A stretch of 64,000 bases of DNA from Tubiluchus corallicola (GCA_030141605.1 JAQGDQ010000283.1:62001-126000), one strand, 5' to 3'. Shown: positions 49,727-63,567, numbered from the stretch's first letter. A program made the numbers and translations. Notes: a model not told the origin generated them from the letters alone.

Positions 49727-52710
49727 TAAGTAAGTTTATTAGTTTATTACCATTTTTAAAATACCAAAATACATAACTAAGTGATTTATAAATGTACAAC
49801 AAACAATAAAATTATTGATTAATAGTGAGAGGGTGGCAAAAGAACTGTAAGTTATCGAGGTCAGCCACCCTCTCAGAATTGTTACTAATATAATTAATTA
49901 ATTAATGCGCATGCACCAGGTAATTAAAAATTATCAGATTTTGCATTTAAGACGAATGAAAATTGAATTATTATATGAATGCGTTAGTTTATAATAAAAT
50001 AATGTTCAATAATGGGAAAGAAGAGACACACGTGACTATCCTTAAATAATAATTTAATCTTTACATATTTAAAATTAATATTATGAGGACCTAGATCCAA
50101 TGGAAGAAAAAAATTTAATTTTTTGCTTGTAGCTAGCAAAAGTGGATAAACATGCATGAAGAAAAGAGTTGAAAGCTAAAGTATCTTAAAGTTCTTTAGG
50201 ATTAGAGTTAATTATTACATAATATTAAAGATATACAACAGTGTACCTTACCTCCATAACATACATTTGAGCTGCAATGCTTACTGAAGAATTTGTACAG
50301 CGTGACGCAAATTATCTGTTTATATATAAATGAGGTATTGTAATAACCGGATTCACTGCGAATTGCTCATTAGTATTTAAATAAATGAAATGCAATATCA
50401 ACTTGAGTTAGCATCAGTTGAGATTATTAGTGAATTTAATTTACTTATAATAGAAAAACTTATTAGAAATAACAGAGTTAGCTCAACTACAAGGATTTCA
50501 ACTTAAATGGAAGTAAGGAAAATAGTAGTTATTTAAATTATAGTTAGTTTAGCAAAAATTTGCACAACTTTTAGCATATCATAGATCTACAAAGATGAAT
50601 ACTGAGATATTAATTTTTCTTTATATTTACTGATAATAAAATGATTTGTTTTTAATTTCTTGGGGAATAGAGTTCCAGATATATGGGGGCCTTGATATTT
50701 AAGAGAGCACTGGGCTTCGTTTGTATTATATCTTACTACACTCATACTATTATTTGAGGCAAAACGAGTTTGATAATTGTGTAAAGCAAAAGGTTCGCTC
50801 ATGTATCTGTTAAACAGTTGGGGCAGCATATTATTTTTAAATTTAGAAATAAATTTGGCCAATTCTAGCATATATATATCTGTTATTTTTAAAATTTTCA
50901 ATTGCTTATAGTAAGGAATTGCATGTTCTTTGAGACCAGCAAAGCAAATAGCCTTAACAATTTTATTTTGATAAACAGTAAGATTTTGCATTGTCGTTTT
51001 TTTGGGAGAGCCCCATGTAAGTATTCCATACTCAAAATAAGGGAATACTAGACCACAGTATACTAATTTGAGTGTTGGAACATCTAAGTAGTGTCTAACT
51101 TTAAATAAGCAATTTTACTTATTTTATATGTTAAGTGTTGAATGTGTAAGTTCCAGTTTAACTTGTCATCAATGTGGATTCCTGAAAATTTCATTTGATC
51201 GATCTATGTTAATACTGTTAAATTTAATTCGGAAATTATTTACATCATTATTTGTTCTGTGATTGGTAAAGAGAATAAACTTAGCTTTTTGATAATTGAG
51301 TGTTAATTTGTTTGCCTTTAGCCAGGACTCAATTTTTACAAGTTGGTCATTAACAGTGTTTTCTAAATTTTTGATATTAGATGCGGCCATGAATAAGTTT
51401 GTATTATCTGCAAACATGCACGTTTGAAGGCTAGAGCAGGTTGGTAGGTCATTTACATAGAGTAAAAATAATAAGGGTCCTAGGGTTGAACCTTGAGGGA
51501 CCCCACATGTACTTCCCATAGCAGTAAACTGTTTACAACTGAAGAGATATGATCTAAAGAAGTTAAGTGCATGTCCTTTTATGCCATAGTGTTTTAGGTT
51601 GTCAATTAGTATGCTATGTTGTACTGTATCAAAAGCTTTTTGTAAATCTAGAAAAATTCCACAGGTATACAATTTCTTATCCATGTTATCCAATATTCTG
51701 TCGATTAACTCAGATGTGGCGAGGGCAGTCGAGTAGGTTTTGCGAAATCCAATTGAAAATCTGTTAGTATCCTAAATTAAGTCAAAAAAATATTTAAACG
51801 ATTATATATTAGTTTCTCGAAAATTTTGGCAAATGGGGAAAGTAGTCAAATGGGTCTGTAATTGCTTAAGCCATTAGGTGAGTCAGATTTAAATATTGGT
51901 ATAACTTTAGCAATTTTAAGTGCGTCAAGAAAAGCGGCTTTAGTGATTGATTTATTAAATAGATCAGTCAGTATTGGAGCTAATGTCAGTTTGGCTAATT
52001 TGTAGTAGTACTGGTACCTCATCAGGTCCCGGTGATTTATTACTATTGAGATTATTAAGTTCATTGTGAGTTTCTTGCACCAGAATAGGGTTAAAGAAAA
52101 ACAATTTCTGAGCAGGATTATGTAAAAAGTCATTATGGTTTAGTTCGTTAGTTAGTTCGATTTTGGCTGCTAAGTTGGCTCTAATTGTAGTAAAATGATT
52201 ATTAAGGGCTCACATATAACAGCTTCATTGTTTGTTTCAGTACCGTTAATTTTTATTTTATTGGGCAGAATGCTAGCTTTATTTTTACGATTAGCTAAAT
52301 CGTTAATAGTGATCCATATCTTTCTTGTGTTATTTTTATTATTTAGCAACAATTTCTGGTAGTATTGCTTTTTAGCTTTTTCCTTTGTATGGTTTAATAT
52401 ATTCGAATACGTTTCATAGTAATTTTGTTTATACAGACTATTAGAAAATTTGTGTGATTTGTACAGTTTACTTCTGACTTTTATTGATTTTAACAAACCT
52501 AGTGTTATCCATGGTTTTTTGTAAGTTCTTGTTTGTTTCCTAGATAGGGTTTTTAATGGCAAGTGTTTGTTTGTAATACTTTTAAAAGTTTTATAAAATA
52601 TGTTAAGTGCTTCATTGGTATGTAAGTTGGAGAAATCAGTAGTATTTAAGGCTTCGTGCAGCTCAAGCACATAGTTCTCTTTAACGAAGTTAGTTTTATC
52701 CATGACTGTA
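49727..52710 (-). mobile_element. L2-group (Crack/Daphne-like) LINE, ~3 kb, frameshifted
   Basis: KPWITLGLLKSIK, KIAKVIPIFK..NYRPI, GIFLDLQKAFDTV, GVPQGSTLGPLLFLLYVNDL, MFADNT, QNKIVKAI. 3' stem-loop at 49826-49875 and (CTTA)n tail. Confidence 0.92.
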
Positions 52711-53529
52711 ACCTTGTGAAATTTCCTAGCAACGGATATTAGTACATTCCCTAGCTGAATTTTTATGCTATCTCCCTAGCATGGACATCTCAAAGATGGA
52801 ATGTCTAACATCTCAAAGCACATCTCTAGTCTCTTCCAATAAAGATCAAGATTGGAACCATACCTGACAAAAGAATCTACTTTTAATTTGCCTAAGGTAC
52901 CTAAGATATCTTATATAATATATGTATATCGGCTTGATACAAGAATCGGAAATAACTAAAATTATCAAATCATTCAGGAGTTAACCTTTTTTCTTTAACT
53001 GCGCCACATTTTCTTTGTTGAACAGTCGGATACCAAAACGGAAAACATGCCTTGTGTTGATTGGTATTCACAGTAACAGAAATCTTTAGATCTCATCCTG
53101 ATATTCGCCTTGGTTTACCTGTATAAATGATTTTTGCATCACAGCTGTGTGACAAATTTTACACTCGTCTAATACGTCTATCACTGGAAAGATGATAATT
53201 CTTTTTCATCGCCCAGAAAAAAATAAAACACAAAAACTATTATTTCTGTTTAGAAACGAACAGAATCGATTATCGAAAAATTTCGTAAACAAGAATTAGA
53301 AAACTACAAACTGTTAACTGTTGGCACTACACTTTCTACAGCACAGTGTTTTATCTTCAGATAGAAAAAGTGATAATGAAAACACAAAAATCAAAATGAT
53401 CTGTGTCTTTTATTTTATAAAAATATAGCACTATAACTATTTATGACAGAATTATGATACAGAAATAATTTATTCAATGATTTTTTTTTAAATTAAGATT
53501 TTGACTTTTGACAGTAATTCACCCGCTCC

Positions 53530-55085
53530 ACTTAATTATCAGAGTGAGGTATATAATAATAGGATAGATAATATATACTTTACTCCAAGGATGCTAAGAA
53601 ATTATTGCTTAACGTTAATGTAAACAAGGCTGCAGGTCCTGATGACATATATATATATATATAAGTCCTAGAATACTAAAAGGAGACAGCTGAATTTGTG
53701 TACTTCCCACTGTCTTGCATTTTTCGCCTATCATTGGATCAAACTAAAGTACCTAATACATTATGAATAATATCACATGTTACACCTGTCTTTAAAAAGG
53801 GCAATAGGTCAGTGGTAGAAAATTACAGACCTGTTAGCTTAAAGGCATGGAGAAACTGATAAGACAAAAGTTAGTATAATACCTTGAAGAGAATGACATG
53901 TTATGTAATGAACAGCATGGGTTTAGAAAAGTTAGCTCATGCCTAACTAATTTGTTGACAACATTTGATGAGTGGACAAATATATATGATGAAGGACTGC
54001 CATTTGATGTAATATAATTATTTAGATTTCAAAAAGGCTTTCGATACTGTTCCCCATAGTAGGCATATTTATAAATATGATAAGTAAGGAGTTACAGATA
54101 ACATTAAAATACAGATCAAAGGTTCTTGAGAGAGAGAGGAAACAATGTGTAGTTATAAATAATAACAGTTCTGGCTAAGCTAGCATAACCTCAGGCGTGC
54201 CTCAAGGCTCTGTGATTGGCCCAGTTTTATTTTTGTTGTTTATTAATGACTTGCCTGCTTCTCTGTCCACCAAAAGCAAAATTTTTACAGACAATACTTA
54301 TTGTCATCAGATGATACTTATACTCATCCAGTATTGTCATGCTTAGATAGCATCATAAAATGGTCAGCAGAATGATTACCCGAGTTTAATAGAGATAAAT
54401 GTTAAGTTTAACATATTAGTAAAAATAATCCCAAACGTAATTATTACATGCCAGGATGGGTATGAAATAAATGATGTAACTCACGAGACAGACCCTGGTT
54501 TAACTGTTACAGATCAGATAACCTAAGTTTTTTATGTATATCTGTAAAGCAACTGCGAAAGCTAACAGGATTTTAGGCATGATTAAAAGAACTTTTACTT
54601 ATATTAATAAGGAATCTCTATTATCACTGTAGAAAACTTCTGTAAGACCTCATTTGGAATTATTGTGTACAAGTCTGGCCACCCTATCTGTAGAAAGATA
54701 AAGGTACATTAGAAAAGGTTCAGAAACGTGCCACAAAACTAGTTCCTGAGTTAAAACACTTACCTTATGTTGTGAGGCTGAATGAGTTAAAACTCACATC
54801 ATTAGAAGATCGTAGAATAAGAGGCGATCTCATTGAGGTCTTTGAATTGGTTCAAGGTTATAATAATGCCAATTATGAAACGGTTCAAATCAAGAACTTA
54901 CCCTGGCTTACGAGGACACTGTTTTGCTTTCGAAATTAATAGGACACATTATAATCTAAGAAAGTTTTTTTGTAGTAATAAAACTGTTTGTCTGTGGAAC
55001 GGCTTACCTGAGTACACAGTGTTGGCCCCCAGTACAAATCCTTTTGAGAAAAGATATGACAGACACTATCATAATTTGTAAAATA
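53530..55085 (+). mobile_element. Degenerate CR1-group LINE (RT to 3' end)
   Basis: [88 protein letters not shown]. Confidence 0.9.
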
Positions 55086-56048
55086 ATTTGATATTATTAA
55101 CGGTAACAGTAGTAATCAATTTTACAATATTTTTACAGTGTGCTTTTTACGTATTGAACTTGCATTTGTATCACACAACAAAATGTATTATATATTATGG
55201 AAGCAGCAAAAGGCAAATACAAGATAAAAGGTCGAAATATATTTCAAAATATCAACAAAAGAGCCAGTTTTCCTTCTTCGTCAAAGTTGAAAGGAATAAC
55301 AAGGCTCTATAGTGTTATCGTAAAAAAATCCATCAATATAGGCACATTATTTTAAGTTTTAACTTTAAATACATAATTATTATCGACCTTTAACAGTGCT
55401 TATACATACCTGATTAAAAATTATGACAATATTATAATTGTTAGTAAATAACCATTATAGTTGTGCACAAACAATTACTATTAAAACGTATAGAAAGAAA
55501 ATAAAAATTACATTACTTTCGCGTCACAAAATTTCGTTCTACACTTCAAAAACTCATAATAGCAACTTTTAGTAAAAACTGTGCACAACCAAAAAATAGT
55601 AAAGGTTATTTCAATTAGTTTCTGTATTTTTCCTACATCTTTTTTTTACTTAGATTAATAATAAGATATGATAATACCTTTACACTGGATTTTAATAATG
55701 CAAACAAAAAGTTAAGTAGGTTTTAATTTTTGTTCAACTGATAATTCTATACTATCATTTCACTGCTGATTTAACTTCTTATTATTAATTTTCTCGTACT
55801 TAATGCGATGTTTCACGGTTTCAGTATTAGAAAAATTTGTATCCAGAGACCATATAGGACTGCTACACTACTACAAAAAACTGTAAGACGCGACTTAAAG
55901 CTTTACAAAGTCATCGTGTAAGAACCACCAAGAACCACCATATATTTTAGTAAGTTCAGTGAACGTAAATTATAAACAGTTTCCATCAACTTTCAAAAAC
56001 TACATTGCATTAATCGACATTACGAAAAATATTTTCTGATTCATTAAT

Positions 56049-59000
56049 TTAGTAACGGAGATAAATTCTGGAAGGAATTTCTTCAAGAGATGGCTTGTAG
56101 CATTTTCTCTTCAAATCACGTTTTGTAAGAGCATCACTTGGTCTCACTGGAATCACCTGCAACAGAGAGAATGTTGCACTGTGAAATAATTAGATGTACC
56201 AATAATATAGGTTCGGTGTCACTAAACTACCTTTGTAACTGATAATACAGAAATAGCATCATCAACAGTGCCCACCTAGGTCAAGCTATAGAAACTTTAC
56301 ATAAACGTTAAAAGCTTGTTTTCAGCCGAAACCACCATTCTCCATCTCTTCCCACATGTCACGGAGTGGGCGGCATTTCGTATTTTCGTTAGGTTGGTTC
56401 TCCTCCTACAGTTTTTGAGTTAGGACCTGGGTACGCTCCTAGGTTTCATTCGCCAAACCACGGTTATAGTTGTTTACCTCGTGCAGGAGAATGTACAGTA
56501 TATGAGACACCTCTTCCAGTTCAGTGACTCATTTTAGAGATTGATGTTTTTGATAATAGGCGAGGCTCTGGTCTCGTCAACAGCATCGAATTGAGTAAGC
56601 CCTGCTACTGAGTACTGGATTCCGGTTACCAGGGTGTCAAGGTGTATAAAAACGTAACTGCTAAGAAACTGGCAGCTATGCCAATACAACTACATTAACA
56701 TTTATATGTGTTACAAGGCAAACTCTAAAATTTCTAGCCCATTCATTCAATACCTATGCATTTCGAGGAAAGTGTGAAATAAATCTTTTTGCTGCGCCAC
56801 TTTCATGCTTTACGTAAAGCGCCTGGCAACGGGTAAGACGAACATAATTGTGTTGAATCGAATTTTTCTTAGAATTTCATATACTACATAGGCATTGTAT
56901 GGAATGCATAAAACGATTTAGTCAAAACAGTAAATTAATCTAGCAGTTATTGTTTTATTGTCAACGGATGCTTCGTCACCATCCCTTCCTGCTCAACCAA
57001 ATGGACTATATTCCACACCTAGGAAATTGCTTTCCGACAAATACATTTCCAAAAAATTGCGGAGCATCGAATTGTAACAGCAACGTAAGCATTGAGAAAC
57101 TTACAACACGAGTCTCTAAAAACAAAGATCGAACCCAAAAATGAACCCAAAAAAGATTATGTCGTCATCTCAACCTTCCTCGAGTTTCTAACTGCGAAAC
57201 TTGAACTCTCTGCCATCGTCGAGTCAAAAGCTTGAACTTTTCCATCAGCAACCCCCCCCCCTCCACCATAAACATATCAAATGCGACTAGTACGTCCCTA
57301 ACATCGCAGCCTCAAAAGAGCAAATAGCCAGTGCATTAGGACGAGCATCATGAAACACTGTCTTCGTTGTTTATCACGATAATGCAGAGACCAGAGCACC
57401 AGGCTTCTTCGTCAAATTCTCTTCATTGAACTCACAACTGGCAAAACCCCAAGAGGATGCCTTCTTTGCCGCTACAAATACCAATTAAAATCCACTCTTA
57501 AAAAGTCTAAATAGACAAAACTAAAAATCAAAACATCTGATAAACAATCCCAGTAGTATTCCAACTAGCATCAGACCATCCACACCAAAACCCAGCATTT
57601 CGGAATCGAAAAAAAATGAGAGAAGAAAAAAACGGCATGTGGCAAAATCGAGATTCGAAAAGCTAAAGTGACCCCTAAAAAGGCTCGAATGAGCCCTTGT
57701 GTCACCGCGAGTTTCATGTAAGAATTGGACTCCTTTAGTGGTCAATATCACCATCGTAAAAGAGCCACGACACTGTAACATATGTTCTCGGACACGAGGA
57801 AAGGCCAGCGATTTTTCACAAAAACTTGCAAGCACGTTTAAACCGGACTTATTTCTAATTTCTTAATGAAAAATTGGCATCATAAAATGCCTAGGAAAAG
57901 TATATCAGTTTCCTAAGAATCTCGTACTTTACCTAAACGAACTTTTACATTATATGCATATTGCCTAGGAAAAATGTATAAGATATTATTTTAAGTGCAT
58001 TACTTGGTTTGTTTTGGCATTCCATAAAATGCCTATAGGCAGTCTATAAAATGCCCGGTTTCACGCTTTGCCTATAACATAGATACTCATGATAAAGAAA
58101 GTAACATACCTCTCCACGAAGTTGATTACGTGAATCGGACCACTTAATAATGTTCCCATTGTTGTTGTTACATGACTTGCAGTTTTTTAAGATTTCGTTT
58201 TCTGTAAAGACACGATCATACCAATTGGCATCAGTCAGGCATCCTAAAAAGTCGCCATCAACAGTTTCATCAAGTGCGCCACCAAGAGATCCAAACACTT
58301 CGTCATCATCCACATTTGTAACATCAGGCCCTGGATCAGTCAGTGGTACTGTGAAAGTAGACCCACCACTCTAGAATAAAATAAATAATTACAATAGTTG
58401 ACGCCATTAATTGTCATTGTCATCATCATCAATCATAGTGTCAGTCAGTCAATGTGATAACTTCTCATATCACTTTGCATAGCTGATCATTACCATGGTG
58501 TCGTACCCATCACCAAATTATTATCTCTTGCTTCATTTTCGCCAACTTCATTATCTTTTGTTGTGTTGCCATCAAAATCACAGTCACCACCATCATCGTC
58601 GTTATCTTCATCAACATCATCATAGACATCATCATCATTATCATCATCATCATCATCATCATCATCACCACCACCACCTCTACTGTCACCAAATGATGTG
58701 GCTTGCAATCACACTTGAGTGCAAATGTCCCACGTTGTCTCCAAAAAGAGTGAAATCTGAGTCCACATTAAATGAAATGAACGTCGACATGCCTGAGGTT
58801 CTGTTCGTAATCTTGTTACAAAGAAAGAAAACTCGGATAGAACTTCCTGATTTTTATTTATTTGTTGTCTCCCACAAAAATCATTCCAAACTATCACTCT
58901 ACCTTAAAACGGACATACAACAAGCAGACCAAGGAACTTATACTGCTTAAACCTTATTACACATCTTTTTTAAAAACATAGGCTTTGAATAATTTAACTT

Positions 59001-62000
59001 GACTTTAAAATAGCAAATATTAATATCAAAGCATGAGAAAGGAAAAGGAACGTATACGAAACTATTTGAAAATTACAAATGGTGGAAAATTTGCAATTTT
59101 TAATTTGACACTATAAATAAAAATCATCTTATGTTAGATGCATTTCGTTTCCCAAATATTGACAATTCTATTCGCATAATGAATACTTGCATATGTTTAA
59201 CTACAGCCTTTGTAAATAATTTGAAGTTATGCTTACGCCTCTGCTAGGTTTAAACTGGAAAAACGTCATTCAAGGCTAAATCTGCCAAGTTATGATGAAG
59301 TCTATAAACCATTTTTATGTCACATAGGACGTACATCAAGTGGAATCAATACTTGACACAGAAAGACTAATAATATATGAACATCAACGCGCAAACAACC
59401 TGTGAGTGAAATCTCTGGACCTTCTCAATAAAGTCAAATTGTCAATGTCTTAATTGATACGGTGACCCATACAGGAGACCAGGATTCAAGCATGGAGGCC
59501 TGACACAAGCTTTCTAGGCTTTTAATACTGCATATTTGTGATGCGTGATGTGATAAGGTTAAAAACACCTAAAACCATATTTACAACTTTATAGGTAAAA
59601 TTACAACTCTGTGGGTTAAAGTAAGTGAAGTTAGACTGATACGCGCTGTAACCTTATAGTTTACAAGATGGACATTTATTCTTACCATTAACTTTATAAT
59701 GTAATTTCCCAGTGTCTTACAATGTTAATAAATAAACTATTGAACGACCTAAGCTTTAGTTACTTGTTGATTACAATTTTTTGAACATTGTTAATCAGAG
59801 TTCACCATAATGCCTAAATTGTTACAGCTAGATACATTAGTCAGTGGAACTCCGTTTAAGATGTACTGTAACTGAAAGTTGCCATAACCAAGACGCAACA
59901 TAGTACATTTAAGTGTAGAAATAGATGACTGCCATTCATTTGACCACAAAGATAATATTTCTATAGTATCGCAAAGAACGGGATAATTATTGCAACTGGT
60001 ATTCAATTTTAAATCATTGGGAAATAATTTGAAATTAACAGTGCTCACTACATGGGGTAAACCATCAATGTAAAGTACGAATAATATAGGACACTTCAAT
60101 CACACTTCCTTGAGGAGTGCCCGATATAACTGGTCTATAATGAGAGAACCGAGAACCTAAACCTGCAACCTGCTGGGTACTTTTGTATTTACAAGAAAAG
60201 CTTCAATCCATCTGAGCCCGGAGCTTCACTAGCAATTTACAATGTGCAAAAGGATATCAAGCATAATCATAGTAATTACATCAAGTTTAAGCCTTACTCA
60301 AGCCAACTGCACCAGTCATTAACGCACTCAAAAAGTGGAACGGTTTTTCATAGATCCATATTGTGACTTCGAAATCAAAACTTTCAGAATCAAGCAGTCA
60401 AGTAATTCATCTTTTATAACTTCATAACTTCATTTGCTGCACACGTGGGTGAGATTAGGCGGTAATTATACCAGTCGGAAGGGTCACCCTTTCTTGTACA
60501 ATGGCACAATGTAAACAGAGAGCCAGATTTTGGGTAGTTGTTAGTTGCAAATGACACCTCAAAAACAGAAAAATAGAAAAGTGGAAAGCCAGTTTAGCAA
60601 ACGAAATATTTGGCAATCCGTGAGGAGAATGACTGATTTAATGGTTTTACAATTTAACTTTTTTAACACTTTATACACAACAGGTAATGAAAAACTTATA
60701 TCACATTTACTAGTATCGTTATAGACCCGATCAGGTAAGAAATCGGTCAACCCGTTATCGATAACATAATTTTCAGAAAGCACACGAGATAAAATATTAG
60801 CTTCAGTTAAGTCTTCAACAACTATTTCGCCATTAAATTTGAGAGGCGCAAAACCAGATTTATAATTACTTTTATTGTTTAATGATTTAAAAAGAAGTGA
60901 CGTTACTGGACAAAATATAGGATATTACTTCGAGCTGCTTCGTGAACCAGCTGAGAAAACCCAATTTGTTCAAAGCAATTTGCAAATAAAAGTTATAAGA
61001 ATGTAAACCAGGAACTGTTAAATTTTGCCGATCAGTTTCGGGAAATTAAAATCTTCTGCAAGCACGCAAAGCCTTTGCAAACTGCACAATTCCACAATAC
61101 AAGAACTAAATGTTTGATGTTGTCAAAGTTTGGGGCTCAAATAATGCTGGTTTGAGCATCACCAACTAAATGTTGTGCTACTGTTTCACAATCCACTAAA
61201 AGTAAACGGATTTTAATTTACTATTGTTAATCAAGATAGCTGCCTCCTCCCCTACCAATTCTAACATTACAAAATACTGAAAATTTACCATTTAAATTCA
61301 ATAAACCAGAAGGCACCGTAATATCTAGTCAAGTTTCAGTAAGTTGTGATTTGTGTCTTATCATAATATTATGTGTTTAGAATTTGAGAACGTACTGCTT
61401 AAAAACTACATGCAGTTGAAAAAATGAATTTAACAACAGATAAAGTATAAAAAAGAGTGATATAAACGCACATAATAAACAAAATCTGCGGCAGCTCGCG
61501 TTAGAATTTGACAAAGTAGATGGACGATGCGGCTTAGTTCGAAACCGCAAAAATAGTCCACAGATTCATCGATTAGCATAAATTTGTGCTACTAACCCCT
61601 TCTCCACAATCAATGTAGGAGCTAAACATTCCTTTCGAATTGCTGTGAGTACTGCATACGTGATGCCAATGACCGTCGCAATAGTTAAGTAATCCAAATC
61701 CTGGAAAGCTAAAAAACGAAAACACAGAAAGACAAATGTAACCAGTAACCACATTCCATAGTGACAGCAGCTGCGCACTTGTGTCAACGCTACTGGAATA
61801 ATCTGCATAATCTATCGTACGTAATGCACAGATCGGAGCAGCGTTTAGCCCAGCCCACCTTGATGATGTAACACATGTTCTCACAAACACTCGCTGGCTG
61901 CAAGTCGCTATATATATATAGTACATAAATTAACGTGAAAAACATAGATAGGTTCCTATGTTGTCATCTGCCGAAGTCTCTAGTCTAAAAGTCAGTAGAA

Positions 62001-63567
62001 AAGAGCAAAGTTTTAAAAATAGCAGAAAAATAACAGGTTGTAAATAACGCATGTTTTATTATAATCATTTTTTTTACTTCAGTAATTTTTTTTGAAAAAT
62101 TATTAGCATTTGAGGTCTGTTTCAATTTATTGGATTGTTTAAGTAGCTTTATTTATTACTATATTATTATTAATATTACTGTTACTATTACATATTATAC
62201 AGTACTGGTATTTTTTGGTATAGCATAGGCCCTATAACAGTTTAATTTATTAATAGGAAAAAAGAATGCAATGTTTAAAATGTCAGGGAGTAAAGAACTT
62301 GTAAATAATGTGTCATTTATATCCCCAAGTTATTTTGGTATTTTTTATGAGATATCAGTAGCACTTGAAACGAGCCCTTGAAAATTTGTTTGAATAGAGT
62401 AGATTCTTTAAGTAGCAGAGTTTATTACTAAATTATGGACTGGTCCCCCTATTTTTCAGTGAAAGCATAATTAGGAATCCATACTGGCCTATTCCAAACG
62501 CTGATCATTGTTATGGCTACTTAGTTTTTATCCGACTGAGTATTGTTGCAAATAATAATTTATATAGGTCTGCGTACTCTAAACATGGAAAAGGTATATT
62601 GTAAGGGGGTACACCATTTTGTCCTCCAATTGACCAGCCTATCATGCGCTCATCTATTCCATCTTCTCCCGGTACTGCTGTAGACTTAAAACATCTATAA
62701 TGTGAGCAAACAAAAGCAAACAATGAAATTCGTCAGAACTAAATTAAAAAAGCAGGACCTACTTTTCACAACAAAGGCTCAGCCTAATGAACTTAAACTA
62801 CAGCTAAGTCTTGTTAAAAGGTTGACATTATAACCACTATACATGTGAACCTATATTAATACTACTACCAGTATGTAGTAAAGTCTGTAATTAGGCCACT
62901 AAATGTTGTATACTACCAGTATGTAGTAAAGTCTGTAATTAGGCCACTAAATGTTGTATACTAGAATTTATGAAATTGAAATTCTTGTCATTAAAAATTG
63001 TTGTTATTGTGATACGTACTACTTTAGCACAAACAATAAATGTTATCTATGTAACCTAAATACTACGCGTCGTTACTACTGCGGTACCTACCCGCATACA
63101 GTGAATTCTGAAAACTGTTTTCGTTTCTGCAAGATAGATCCTTTGAGTTCAGCGCGAGTGAAATTCCTTCCATTGAAGCAAAGATCATACACATGAGGAT
63201 CTATTTTGGCGCAAGGCTCCCCTAAAAGGTAGCCAGACGAGTTGGTTTTTTTATATAAGAAAGACAGCTTAAAAAGTACTATTTGGTTATATGATAGCAT
63301 GATTTGTGATATAAAAACGAGATGTAAAATTAAAACGAAACACCCTGATTGGTTTTTGGAGACTATTTTTGTAACTGAGAGTAAGGGTGAAACTTAAATA
63401 TAAATCTGACATACTTGACGATATTTCCACGCTAGTTCGACAAGCAAGTTTAAATTTCGTGCGTAATAAATACTTGTTTTAGATTGCTAACCTGCAAGCG
63501 TGGGCCTCTTTCGGCGACCGTGCGGCTTCCTGATAATTCGCAGATGCTTTCTCTTTGAACCATTTGC
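56049..63567 (-). CDS. Divergent Cys-rich pentraxin-domain protein with basic pro-segment; exons 63567-63492, 63221-63092, 62694-62521, 61708-61597, 58370-58110, 56156-56049 (first coding exon unresolved)
   Basis: Six GT-AG exons join in phase with no stops (861 nt): ANGSKRKHLRIIRKPHGRRKRPTLAGEPC...VYDLCFNG...FSEFTVCGCFKS...CDGHWHHVCSTHSNSKG...YID...GGALDETVDGDFLGCLTDANWYDRVFTENEI...C...GNIIKW...GEVIPVRPS...*. One donor (gtagcc) is weak. Confidence 0.78.
56500..56700 (+). mobile_element. Second copy of the SINE body seen at 43688-43880
   Basis: Shared CACCTCT..CAGTTCAGTGACTCAT, GATAAT and TTGAGTA..CCTG.TACTGAGT blocks in the same order. Confidence 0.55.
56889..58036. mobile_element. Possible DNA-transposon remnant bounded by a 19-bp inverted repeat
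   Basis: TAGGCATTGTATGGAATGC (~56889) versus GCATTCCATAAAATGCCTA (~58018); related motif at ~57877. True termini and TSD not found. Confidence 0.35.
58591..58680. repeat. (CAT)n/(CAC)n trinucleotide repeat, intronic
   Basis: Visible run; source of the poly-D, poly-H and poly-M ORFs. Confidence 0.9.
59380..61420 (-). mobile_element. Degenerate CR1-group LINE inside a pentraxin intron
   Basis: YNYRLISPTC, PILFVLYIDGL, KLFPNDLKL, LGIMVNSD, IEKVQRF, plus endonuclease-like GGGS..LI remnants near 61240. Heavily disrupted; limits approximate. Confidence 0.8.
62863..62963. repeat. Perfect 48-bp tandem duplication (intronic)
   Basis: TACTACCAGTATGTAGTAAAGTCTGTAATTAGGCCACTAAATGTTGTA present twice (starts 62863 and 62911). 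Confidence 0.95.

Noticed and set aside
56440-56515. HDV-like ribozyme on the minus strand (TTC-TCCTGCAC-GAG...GGCGAATG)
   Set aside because: P3/L3 and CGAA look plausible, but P1, P1.1 and P2 pairings cannot be built.
58490-58950. Poly-Asp, poly-His and poly-Met ORFs as an acidic exon of the pentraxin
   Set aside because: They derive from a (CAT)n repeat; the donor phase (2) does not match the next exon (0) and a TGA lies just upstream.
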